This document shows, in pieces, positions 56,066 to 64,000 of a stretch of 64,000 bases of DNA. The DNA lies in NCBI GenBank assembly GCA_965217865.1, contig CBDCJO010000002.1, positions 3,008,001-3,072,000 on the forward strand. Reading direction: 5' to 3'. The stretch comes from Candidatus Latescibacterota bacterium. GTDB lineage: Bacteria > Latescibacterota > UBA2968 > SICM01. A program made the position numbers and the translations under genes. The notes below the pieces were generated by a model. The model saw only the letters and a list, made by a program, of their open reading frames with translations, did no database searches and was not told the origin of the DNA. Position 1 is the stretch's first letter, and each line of letters starts with the position of its first letter.

Positions 56066-56986
56066 TTACTCATCAAACATAGCATCTACGAAAACCTCAG
56101 GGTCGAAATCCTGAAGGTCGTCGATTCCCTCTCCCATGCTGACCCACCGCACCGGAAGTCCGAGCAACCGGCTGATTGCGATGACGACCCCCCCCTTTGC
56201 CGTGCCATCCAGCTTTGTCAGAATGACGCCGGTCAGGCCAAGCGCGGCGTGAAATTCCCGAGCCTGGATGAAACCGTTCTGGCCGGTGGTGGCGTCAAGA
56301 ACCAGGAGCGTCTCGTGGGGGGAACCCGGTTGGGATTTCTGGATGACCCGGTGGATTTTTTTCACCTCCTCCATCAAGTTGACATTGGTATGGAGGCGAC
56401 CCGCGGTATCCACGATCAAGAAATCGGCTCCCCTCGCCCGGGCGGCGGACAAAGCGTCGAAGGCCACCGAGCCCGGGTCGGCCCCAGTTTGATGCCGGAC
56501 CAGATGGGCCTGGGAACGGTCCGCCCATACTGCAAGTTGATCGATGGCGGCTGCCCGGAAGGTGTCGCAGGCAGCCAGAACAACCTCGAGATTTCCCACC
56601 GTATATCGGGCGGCCAGCTTTCCGACGGCGGTGGTTTTCCCGACTCCGTTGATCCCCACGACAAGGATGACCCGGGGGCCGTCTTGCTCCGGAACCCTTG
56701 GAATATGAGAGGGGAGGGGGATCTCAAGGATTTTGAGGATCTCCTCTTTCAGAAGTGCTTTGACATGATTCTCATCCGCTGGGTTGTCGGTCCCAACCCG
56801 ACGACGCAATGCCTCCACAAGATAAAAGGCGGATTCGACTCCAGCATCCGCCTCGATCAGTATGCCTTCGATCTGGTCAAGAACCTCTTCGTCAAGATGC
56901 CCCCCCCTTCGAAGGATCTTCGTGAGGCGCATCGTGATATTTGTGCGGGTCTTGAGGAGGCCCTCTTTGAACTTCGACAATTGCAT
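56066..56986 (-). CDS. ftsY: SRP receptor FtsY
   Basis: GINGVGKTT, DTFRAAA, DTAGR, TKLDGTAKGG. Confidence 0.97.
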   Translation of the reverse strand: MQLSKFKEGLLKTRTNITMRLTKILRRGGHLDEEVLDQIEGILIEADAGVESAFYLVEALRRRVGTDNPADENHVKALLKEEILKILEIPLPSHIPRVPEQDGPRVILVVGINGVGKTTAVGKLAARYTVGNLEVVLAACDTFRAAAIDQLAVWADRSQAHLVRHQTGADPGSVAFDALSAARARGADFLIVDTAGRLHTNVNLMEEVKKIHRVIQKSQPGSPHETLLVLDATTGQNGFIQAREFHAALGLTGVILTKLDGTAKGGVVIAISRLLGLPVRWVSMGEGIDDLQDFDPEVFVDAMFDE

Positions 56987-57036
56987 CCGAACAGGTCTGG
57001 AATTAGTGGGAATTGGACCAAGACGGGGAACGGGTT

Positions 57037-58485
57037 TCAGGGAGGGGTTATGTCTGACAGAGTCGCACGGTTCCTGCCCAAGCTCTTTGACTTGTATAGG
57101 GCCTGGTCGGCGATCTCCATGAGGTTCTCGGGTGTGTCGATCTTAGGATTGGGGCAAGTGGCAACCCCGAGGCTCACCGTGATGTCGATCGGACCTTTAT
57201 CGAGCTTGAACGCATGGCTGGCGATCTTTTCCCGGATCCGATCGGCCTTCAGGAGCCCCTGCTGGGCGTTCGTCTCGGGCAAAAGCATCACGAATTCTTC
57301 TCCGCCGTATCGGGCAAGGATGTCGGACTCCCTGGATGTATTCCTGAGGATATTGGAGACCTCTTCCAGGACCAAGTCCCCCTGCAAATGACCGTAGGTG
57401 TCGTTAACTGCCTTGAAGTGGTCGATGTCGAGGATGACCAGGGAGAGGATGGATTGGTATCTTTGCGACCTGTCGAACTCCTGACCGAGGCGGTCGACGA
57501 AAGCCCGATAATTGAGAAGGCCAGTGAGACCGTCGGTGAGGGCAAGCGTACGGGTATGGTGATGCAAAGACGCGTTGTCCAGCGCGAGGGCGGCAAGATT
57601 TCCGACGATGTAGGGTAGATATTGTACGTTCTGTGACACGGCCGTCCCAGCAGCCAGGTTGTAAACACCCAGGATTCCGATCATCTTGTCCTGAACGGAC
57701 AAGGGTGCCTTCATCGACTGTGCGGACGACTCGAGGGTTTTCGGTTTTTCCCCCACGAGTCGCGCCTGGTGAATCGTCTCGATCTGGTCTTCATCTATTT
57801 CCTTCCTCTGGAGGGTGCGCCAGGAGGTTTGCGCGTCGATCCGGATATCATGGAGGGTTGTCTCAGACATCGGCCAGTCGCTGAATATATAGAGTTTTGC
57901 CTTGCTGTCCTCCGTCAGGAAAAGGAATGCACCCTCGCATCGGACGATGGAGATAAGGCTTCCAAGGACCGTGTCGATGATAAGCTGACTATCCATCGTG
58001 GACATCAGCCTTTTCCCCATCTCGTAAAGCTGAAGCACCTGTTCCAAATGTGCAACCAGTTCAATGTCCGACTCAGAGGCCTTGCGCATGATCTGATCCA
58101 CATTGACTGCGAACTGCCTCTTGGCCAGCGCCTCTTTCACCCGCATATCCACTTCTGAAAAGGTGATCGGTTTCTGGATGTAGGCCGATGCGCCCAGTCC
58201 GATGGCTTCAGAGGCATGCTCCGCTTTTCCGTAGCCGCTGAGCATAATAACCTCTGCCGTTGGCTGCAGCTGTTTGATCGATTTAATCACTTCCAGACCG
58301 GACATGTCCCCCAGATCGAGGTCTGTGATGGCCACATCGAAAGTCTTCTCGCTGATCGTCTGGATGGCCTCCTTGCCAGACATGGCCACATCCACCGTAT
58401 AACCGGAACTCTCAAGGAACTGCTTGAGAATGTCACAGATGTCTTCGTCGTCATCAATGACGAGCGTTTTGATGTTGGAATCCAT
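57037..58485 (-). CDS. Diguanylate cyclase (REC-GAF-GGDEF)
   Basis: Receiver N-terminus; GAF-like middle; DIDHFKAVNDTYGH, RESD I-site, RYGGEEF. Confidence 0.95.
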   Translation of the reverse strand: MDSNIKTLVIDDDEDICDILKQFLESSGYTVDVAMSGKEAIQTISEKTFDVAITDLDLGDMSGLEVIKSIKQLQPTAEVIMLSGYGKAEHASEAIGLGASAYIQKPITFSEVDMRVKEALAKRQFAVNVDQIMRKASESDIELVAHLEQVLQLYEMGKRLMSTMDSQLIIDTVLGSLISIVRCEGAFLFLTEDSKAKLYIFSDWPMSETTLHDIRIDAQTSWRTLQRKEIDEDQIETIHQARLVGEKPKTLESSAQSMKAPLSVQDKMIGILGVYNLAAGTAVSQNVQYLPYIVGNLAALALDNASLHHHTRTLALTDGLTGLLNYRAFVDRLGQEFDRSQRYQSILSLVILDIDHFKAVNDTYGHLQGDLVLEEVSNILRNTSRESDILARYGGEEFVMLLPETNAQQGLLKADRIREKIASHAFKLDKGPIDITVSLGVATCPNPKIDTPENLMEIADQALYKSKSLGRNRATLSDITPP

Positions 58486-58535
58486 ATTCGAAGATGCGTG
58501 CGTTGGGGTCGATTAGAATGTCGGGAACATCAAGC

Positions 58536-59405
58536 CTATTGCGCCAGAGAGGAGATTAACTCGATCAGGCGTTCGAGGTCTCCATCGTTATAAAACGCGA
58601 CTTCAATCTTTCCCCCCTTTCCTCTTCTTGTGATCTTAACGGAGGTTCCCAAGCTCCTCTGCAGGCTCTCCTGGAGGGAGATCATCGTAGGGTCGCTGGG
58701 GACCGCATGTTTTCTTTTCGGGATTCTCCGCGATGAGGATTTGACCAGCCCTTCAACCTTTCGGACCGTCAGGCCTTCTTTTAGGATGCGCCCGCATAGT
58801 TTGAACTGGGCCTCTTCGTCTTCAAAGGCCAAAAGGGCCCTTGCGTGACCCATCGAAAGATCGCCAACGGCGAGGTGGTCCTGGAGCTCCGGAGGGAGCT
58901 TGAGCAAGCGGAGGGTGTTCGCCACAGTGGAGCGTTCCTTTCCCACCCGCTGGGAGACATCCTCCTGGGTCAGGTGACACTGATCAATCAACATCCGGAA
59001 GGCCTTTGCAGCTTCGATCGGGTTAAGATTCTCCCTTTGAATGTTCTCGATCAGAGATAATTCCATCATCTCCTCAGGCGAGGAGACTTCCATCACGACA
59101 GCGGGAATCCTCTCCATGCCGGCTTGCCGTGCTGCCCTCAACCGTCTTTCGCCGGCGATGAGCTGATATCCTTCACCAAGCCGCCGGACGTTAACGGGCT
59201 GGATGATCCCCTTTTCAAGTATCGACTGCTTTAATTCCTCGATATGATCGGGATTGAACTCCGTTCGCGGCTGGTATGGATTCGGGCTGATCTCAGAAAT
59301 ATCGATGTCGACGATCCGGGCGCCGTCGTCATGAGCAGGCTCCCCCATGACCAAATCCGGTATGAGGGCCCCTAACCCCTTGCCCAGGGCACTTCGTTTA
59401 GCCAT
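58536..59405 (-). CDS. parB: Chromosome partitioning protein ParB
   Basis: ALGKGLGAL, NPYQPR, IAGERRLRA, ENIQRENL. Confidence 0.97.
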   Translation of the reverse strand: MAKRSALGKGLGALIPDLVMGEPAHDDGARIVDIDISEISPNPYQPRTEFNPDHIEELKQSILEKGIIQPVNVRRLGEGYQLIAGERRLRAARQAGMERIPAVVMEVSSPEEMMELSLIENIQRENLNPIEAAKAFRMLIDQCHLTQEDVSQRVGKERSTVANTLRLLKLPPELQDHLAVGDLSMGHARALLAFEDEEAQFKLCGRILKEGLTVRKVEGLVKSSSRRIPKRKHAVPSDPTMISLQESLQRSLGTSVKITRRGKGGKIEVAFYNDGDLERLIELISSLAQ

Positions 59406-60159
59406 TGGAAATGACCTCCCCCGCGAGTTTCAGGTAACTTTGTGCGCCGGAAGACATCACATCGTAGAGGATGATCGGTTTCCCAAAACTGGGGGCCTCG
59501 CCAAGTTTGACGTTTCGGGTGATGGCGGTGTGAAAAACCTTCTCCCCAAAATACGATTTGGCCTCATCGGCCACCTGGCGGGAGAGGTTGAGACGGGAAT
59601 CGTACATGGTCAACAGAACCCCCTCGATTTCCAAACCCGGGTTGAGATCCTTCTGTATGAGTTTTATCGTGTGAAGGAGCTTTCCCAAACCCTCCAGGGC
59701 ATAGTATTCGCACTGAATGGGGATGAGGATGGAATCGGCGGCCGTCAGGGTGTTGAGCGTCAATAAGGAAAGGGAGGGCGGGCAATCGATCAAGATATAT
59801 TCATAGTCGTCTCTGAGGGAGGTGAGGACAGATTGAAGCCGACGCTCACGGGAAATCATACCTACCATTTCGATTTCGGCCCCTGTTAACCGGACGTGCG
59901 ATGGGATCAGTTTGAGGAACGGGATCTCTGTCTCCCGTAAGACCTCTTGGACCGGATAGTCTGACACCAGCACCTCGTAGATGCTGGGGTCGGAATCGCT
60001 AAGCGTCACACCGCACCCACTGGTGGCGTTGGCCTGCGGGTCGATATCGATCAGCAGCGTGTGTTTTTCCGCAGCCGAAAGACAAGCCGCCAAGTTGACG
60101 GCCGTGGTGGTTTTTCCGACGCCGCCTTTCTGGTTGGCGACGGCAATGACCTTAGACAT
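59398..60159 (-). CDS. parA: Chromosome partitioning ATPase ParA/Soj
   Basis: NQKGGVGKTT, DPQAN, IDCPPSL, QCEYYALEG, EAPSFG. Confidence 0.97.
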   Translation of the reverse strand: MSKVIAVANQKGGVGKTTTAVNLAACLSAAEKHTLLIDIDPQANATSGCGVTLSDSDPSIYEVLVSDYPVQEVLRETEIPFLKLIPSHVRLTGAEIEMVGMISRERRLQSVLTSLRDDYEYILIDCPPSLSLLTLNTLTAADSILIPIQCEYYALEGLGKLLHTIKLIQKDLNPGLEIEGVLLTMYDSRLNLSRQVADEAKSYFGEKVFHTAITRNVKLGEAPSFGKPIILYDVMSSGAQSYLKLAGEVISNG

Positions 60160-60268
60160 GGCGCCTGAATCGGGGATGGTTATGGCTGGAACGCATATTA
60201 AATATATCCGATGGCCCGACTAAATGCAAGTGGAAGAAAACTCGCCGAAGACGCGGTTTGGGTTCAAA

Positions 60269-61240
60269 TCATCCTGTGGATGGGGCGGATTCCGATGCTC
60301 TCGAATGGAACGTCGATGATCTCGTTTCAGAGGACATCGATATTCCCCGCCGCAGGGACTGCTGCACCTGTTCAAGGCCTTCCACCCCCCCGCATCCGCC
60401 GATTCCTCGGCAGTTGACGGCGGCCGTCGCGGTGGCGAACTGGACCGAATCTCTCGTGTCCCATCCGTAGTGAAGACCGCAGATAAGTCCCGCCCTGAAG
60501 GCGTCACCTGCGCCTGTAGCGTCTCTTACGTCCGTCCGGTAGGCGGCCACCGTGATCGAGGTTCCGTCCTCGAAATTGACCCTGCAACCCAGGGATCCCT
60601 GGGTGGTGATCGCCATTCGAACCCCTGCTTTCAACAGGCCAACAGCTACCTCGGCCTGATCCCCCAGATGATGCCGGCGCAGGAAGCCGTCTGAGTTGAT
60701 GACGAAGTCGGCGCTGGCCGCAAGCGGATGGTCGGGGGCAATCTCGACGGCAAGGACGGGGATCCCTTTCTCTTTGGCCATGTGGGCCGCTTTCGCGGCG
60801 TTCGATCCCAGGAAGGGGTCAACGGTTATCAGTGAGACCCCCTCCAGATCGTCGGGCGCAAGGGGGCGACTTCGCATGTCTGGAAAGTGACCGAGGACCG
60901 CCCGGGTTCCGTCCGGTATCGAAAGAATCACGGTATGGGGTGTGCGTATCCCTGTGTCCACGGAGATGCCGGAAGCATCAAGGCCGGGGAAGCGATACAG
61001 TTCGCGGAGGAAAAAGTCCCCGCTCCTGTCGTCACCGATCGCGTTTCCAAGGAGTTTGACCTTAAGGCCCAACCGACTCAGTATGGCAGCGGTGTTGGTT
61101 GCTTCCCCGCCGACGTGTTCGCTGTCGGACAGGATCCGGCCGTGCCCGTCGGGCTCCGGGTGGACGGGTATTCGGAGAATCTGGTCGACGCAGAGGACGC
61201 CGTAGCACAGGATCTTGCCAGGGGGCAGGCTAAAAGTCAT
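60269..61240 (-). CDS. PfkB family carbohydrate kinase
   Basis: GGEATNTA…LG, DATGAGDAFRAG. Confidence 0.92.
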   Translation of the reverse strand: MTFSLPPGKILCYGVLCVDQILRIPVHPEPDGHGRILSDSEHVGGEATNTAAILSRLGLKVKLLGNAIGDDRSGDFFLRELYRFPGLDASGISVDTGIRTPHTVILSIPDGTRAVLGHFPDMRSRPLAPDDLEGVSLITVDPFLGSNAAKAAHMAKEKGIPVLAVEIAPDHPLAASADFVINSDGFLRRHHLGDQAEVAVGLLKAGVRMAITTQGSLGCRVNFEDGTSITVAAYRTDVRDATGAGDAFRAGLICGLHYGWDTRDSVQFATATAAVNCRGIGGCGGVEGLEQVQQSLRRGISMSSETRSSTFHSRASESAPSTG

Positions 61241-61275
61241 ATGGACCGTGAATGACGCACGGATGGAGGTGCGAT

Positions 61276-62022
61276 TTATTTCACGTGGATGGCGTTTGAA
61301 AGCTCCCTGATCAGGGTGGGATCGTGGACTTTTTCGACCGCGTTCCCCACGACCACAAACGATGCACCGGCCCGGACCTTCTGGGCGGCGGCATCCGGTG
61401 TCCTGATGCCCCCCCCGACGATTAAAGGAAGACTCACATATTGGGAAACCGCCCGGATCATCTCTTCCGGAACGCTCATTTCAGCTCCGCTTCCAGCTTC
61501 CAGGTAGATGCACTTCATGCCTATGTATTCTGCGGCCAGGGCGTGGGCCATCGCGATGTCCGGCTTGTCCCGGGGAAGAGGCCTTGTGCTGCTGAGGTAT
61601 TCCGCAGCCGTAAGCTTTCCCGACTCCACAAGGATATAGCCGGTGGGTATCGGCTCCAGCCCCCGGGATTTGATGAGGGGAGCTGCCTTCACCTGCTGAC
61701 CGATCAACATCTCCGGGTTGCGTCCGCTGATCAGGCAGAGGAAAAGAAGGGCGTCGGCGTGGGGCGCAACTTGATTGATATCCCCCGGGTGGACGATAAC
61801 CGGAAGATCGACGGCCTGTTTGATCTCCCGCACAGCGCAGTCGAAGTCGGGGGCCATGAGGAGGCTCGTCCCGAACAAAAGGGCATCCACCCCGTTGGCC
61901 GCGCAGGCCTCCGCCCGGAGGACGAGGTCGGGGATCGACAGCCGATCCGGGTCCAGAAGGGCGAGAAAGGCCGCCCCGCGTTTCTCCCGGACGGACATCA
62001 GATAGTCGAAAGTCTTTCCCAT
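61276..62022 (-). CDS. Geranylgeranylglyceryl/heptaprenylglyceryl phosphate synthase (GGGPS/PcrB family, group II-like)
   Basis: LLDPD, LISGRNP..LIGQQV, EPIPTGYIL, YLEAGSGA, IVGGGIR, VVGNA. Confidence 0.93.
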   Translation of the reverse strand: MGKTFDYLMSVREKRGAAFLALLDPDRLSIPDLVLRAEACAANGVDALLFGTSLLMAPDFDCAVREIKQAVDLPVIVHPGDINQVAPHADALLFLCLISGRNPEMLIGQQVKAAPLIKSRGLEPIPTGYILVESGKLTAAEYLSSTRPLPRDKPDIAMAHALAAEYIGMKCIYLEAGSGAEMSVPEEMIRAVSQYVSLPLIVGGGIRTPDAAAQKVRAGASFVVVGNAVEKVHDPTLIRELSNAIHVK

Positions 62023-62169
62023 GCCGCCGTATTCAACTTAACTCCGAATCCAATCCTCTACCCGGATCACCCTCGCCAGGATCACGGGTGCGTAAATTCC
62101 CCTCAAGTATTCTCCACATCCCGGCGACGGGCCTTCAATTGGATTTCCTGCTCGAGCGCCTGAATTTTC

Positions 62170-64000
62170 TTAATCCCTGACATGCTTTTTTACGATTTCT
62201 AAAGCCTGTGAAAGGGCCTCATCCAGTTTGTCAATATCTTTCGCACCCGCCTGGGCCATGTGGGGTTTCCCGCCACCCCCTCCTCCTGCAACCTGAGCGA
62301 CTTGCTTCACGATGTCGCCCGCTTTTAGGCCTCTTCCCTTGATCAGGTCGTCGGTCACGACGGTCAGAAAGGTCGCCCGGTTGTCCAGGGAGGCACCCAG
62401 AATGCCAACCCCGGACACGAGCTTTTCGCGTAGGGTATCGGCCATGCGGCGAAAGTCATCGAGGTTTTTCGGGCTCACGCGGCCCGTGACCACTCGAAAA
62501 CCATCGATGGTCTGCCCTTTTGCAGCCATCGTTTCGATCTCGGAACCCGCCCGGATTCGGCGAAGGGAATGGATCTCCTTCTCCTGTTCGGTGTTTTGTG
62601 CAAGCAGTTTCTCCACCCGACCTTGAAGTTCGGAGCCCGAAGCGTTCAATAAGCGGGCGAGGTCTGTGATGAGTGTCCTTTCGGTGTTGATCACTTGTTC
62701 AGCCGCCAGGCCGGCAACCGCCTCCGAACGTCGAACACCCGATGAGACGCCTCCTTCCGATAGGACCCTGAATAGTCCCATCTGGCCGGTGGTGGTGAGG
62801 TGTGTTCCTCCACATAGTTCGAGACTGTAGTCTCCGATCCTGACCACCCGGACAACGTCTCCGTACTTTTCACCGAACAGGGCCATGGCCCCTTCAGCAC
62901 GGGCCTCATCCAATCCCATGAGGGCCGTGGAGACAGGATGGTCTTCCCGCACTTTCGCGTTCACGATCTCTTCTATCCGGTCCAGTTGTCCGGGTTCCGA
63001 CGCAGCAAAGTGCGTAAAGTCGAATCGCAGACGGTCCTCTGCGACGAGGGAACCCGCCTGGTGCACGTGTTCGCCGAGGACGGAACGAAGTGCCGCGTGC
63101 AGGAGGTGTGTCGCGGTGTGATGTCGGGCGATGGACAGTCGCCGGTCTTCGTCGATCTGGGCTGTGACCTTCGACTCCGAGACGTCCTTCGGGTCGCCCG
63201 AGATCAATCGGCCCCGATGGAGGATAGCCCCCTCCACCCGCACGGTGTCCTCTACGACGATCTCGAAACTTTCACTGGTAATAAGGCCGGTGTCCCCCAC
63301 CTGCCCACCGGATTCGGCGTAAAATGGAGTCACGTCAAGCACCAGGTCTAACCTGCCGGGTCCAACCGATTCACTTTGGACCACCCTTGCCTGGACCGCG
63401 GTCTCCTCAAAGCCAACGAACCTGGAATGGCCCTCCGCTACGGTCTTCGCCCCCCCCGCCAGGGGGCCGGTGAACTGAGATTTCGTGGCCTCTCTTGAGC
63501 GCTCCCTTTGACGTTCCATTTCCGACTCGAACCCGTCGACATCGACCGACAGGCCTTTTTCTGCAGCCATCAACTGGGTGAGGTCGAGTGGAAAGCCAAA
63601 GGTGTCGTATAGCCTGAAGGCGTCGGCCCCTTTGATGTTGCCAGAGGCGCTGACTTTTTCGAACACTTCAATGCCTCTATCGAGGGTCCTCCCGAAGCCT
63701 TCCTCCTCAGATTTGATGACCAGTGAGATGTGCCTTCCCTTTTCGATGAGTTCAGGATAGGCCTCTCCCATCACATCGGCCAGGATGGGGGTGAGTTTGT
63801 AGATAAACGGCTCGTGCATCCCCAGGATCCGGCCATACCGTGCGGCACGCCGGAGGATGCGCCGAAGGACATATCCCCTACCTTCGTTGGAGGGGAGCGC
63901 CCCGTCGGCTATGCCGAATGAGAGAGACCGGATATGGTCAGCGATCACCTGTATGGCGACGCTGTGGTGTTTGTCGTAGGACCGATTCGAACTATCACAT
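62170..64000 (-). CDS. alaS: Alanine--tRNA ligase, 5'-truncated by window edge
   Basis: IADHIR, RGYVLRRILRRA, TPFYAESGGQVGD, HTATHLLH, ELCGGTH, GGGG.P.MAQAG. Confidence 0.98.
   Translation of the reverse strand, partial: CDSSNRSYDKHHSVAIQVIADHIRSLSFGIADGALPSNEGRGYVLRRILRRAARYGRILGMHEPFIYKLTPILADVMGEAYPELIEKGRHISLVIKSEEEGFGRTLDRGIEVFEKVSASGNIKGADAFRLYDTFGFPLDLTQLMAAEKGLSVDVDGFESEMERQRERSREATKSQFTGPLAGGAKTVAEGHSRFVGFEETAVQARVVQSESVGPGRLDLVLDVTPFYAESGGQVGDTGLITSESFEIVVEDTVRVEGAILHRGRLISGDPKDVSESKVTAQIDEDRRLSIARHHTATHLLHAALRSVLGEHVHQAGSLVAEDRLRFDFTHFAASEPGQLDRIEEIVNAKVREDHPVSTALMGLDEARAEGAMALFGEKYGDVVRVVRIGDYSLELCGGTHLTTTGQMGLFRVLSEGGVSSGVRRSEAVAGLAAEQVINTERTLITDLARLLNASGSELQGRVEKLLAQNTEQEKEIHSLRRIRAGSEIETMAAKGQTIDGFRVVTGRVSPKNLDDFRRMADTLREKLVSGVGILGASLDNRATFLTVVTDDLIKGRGLKAGDIVKQVAQVAGGGGGGKPHMAQAGAKDIDKLDEALSQALEIVKKHVRD

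Overview
A bacterial chromosome segment of moderately high GC. It has a housekeeping backbone: secA (5'-partial), rnpA-yidD, yebC-ruvCAB, tRNA-Glu, murQ, a ClpX-like ATPase, hsp20-sigma-dnaK, iscS-apbC-Rieske-moeB, ftsY, parAB and alaS (5'-partial). Accessory genes, two insertion sequences (IS3-like 2110-3676, ISL3 29470-30797) and many small intergenic repeats are interspersed. The best candidate for an undescribed system is a RiPP-type cassette on the minus strand at 18757-23424. It encodes a radical SAM/SPASM enzyme, an HPr-kinase-like P-loop protein, a 63-aa precursor (YxxPxI leader, three Cys, C-terminal Ser), a PqqD/RRE protein and an S26-peptidase/nucleotidyltransferase fusion. The ORF track partly hides it because both large enzymes carry single-base homopolymer frameshifts. 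Also notable: a tetraether-synthase (Tes)-like radical SAM gene and a GGGP-synthase gene in the same window, a promoter-driven ~100-nt structured RNA candidate, an HTH + KAP-NTPase/FGE-domain pair, a split PilZ-like protein, and a sigma54-type promoter on the heat-shock operon. All calls come from motif recognition by eye; no searches were run.
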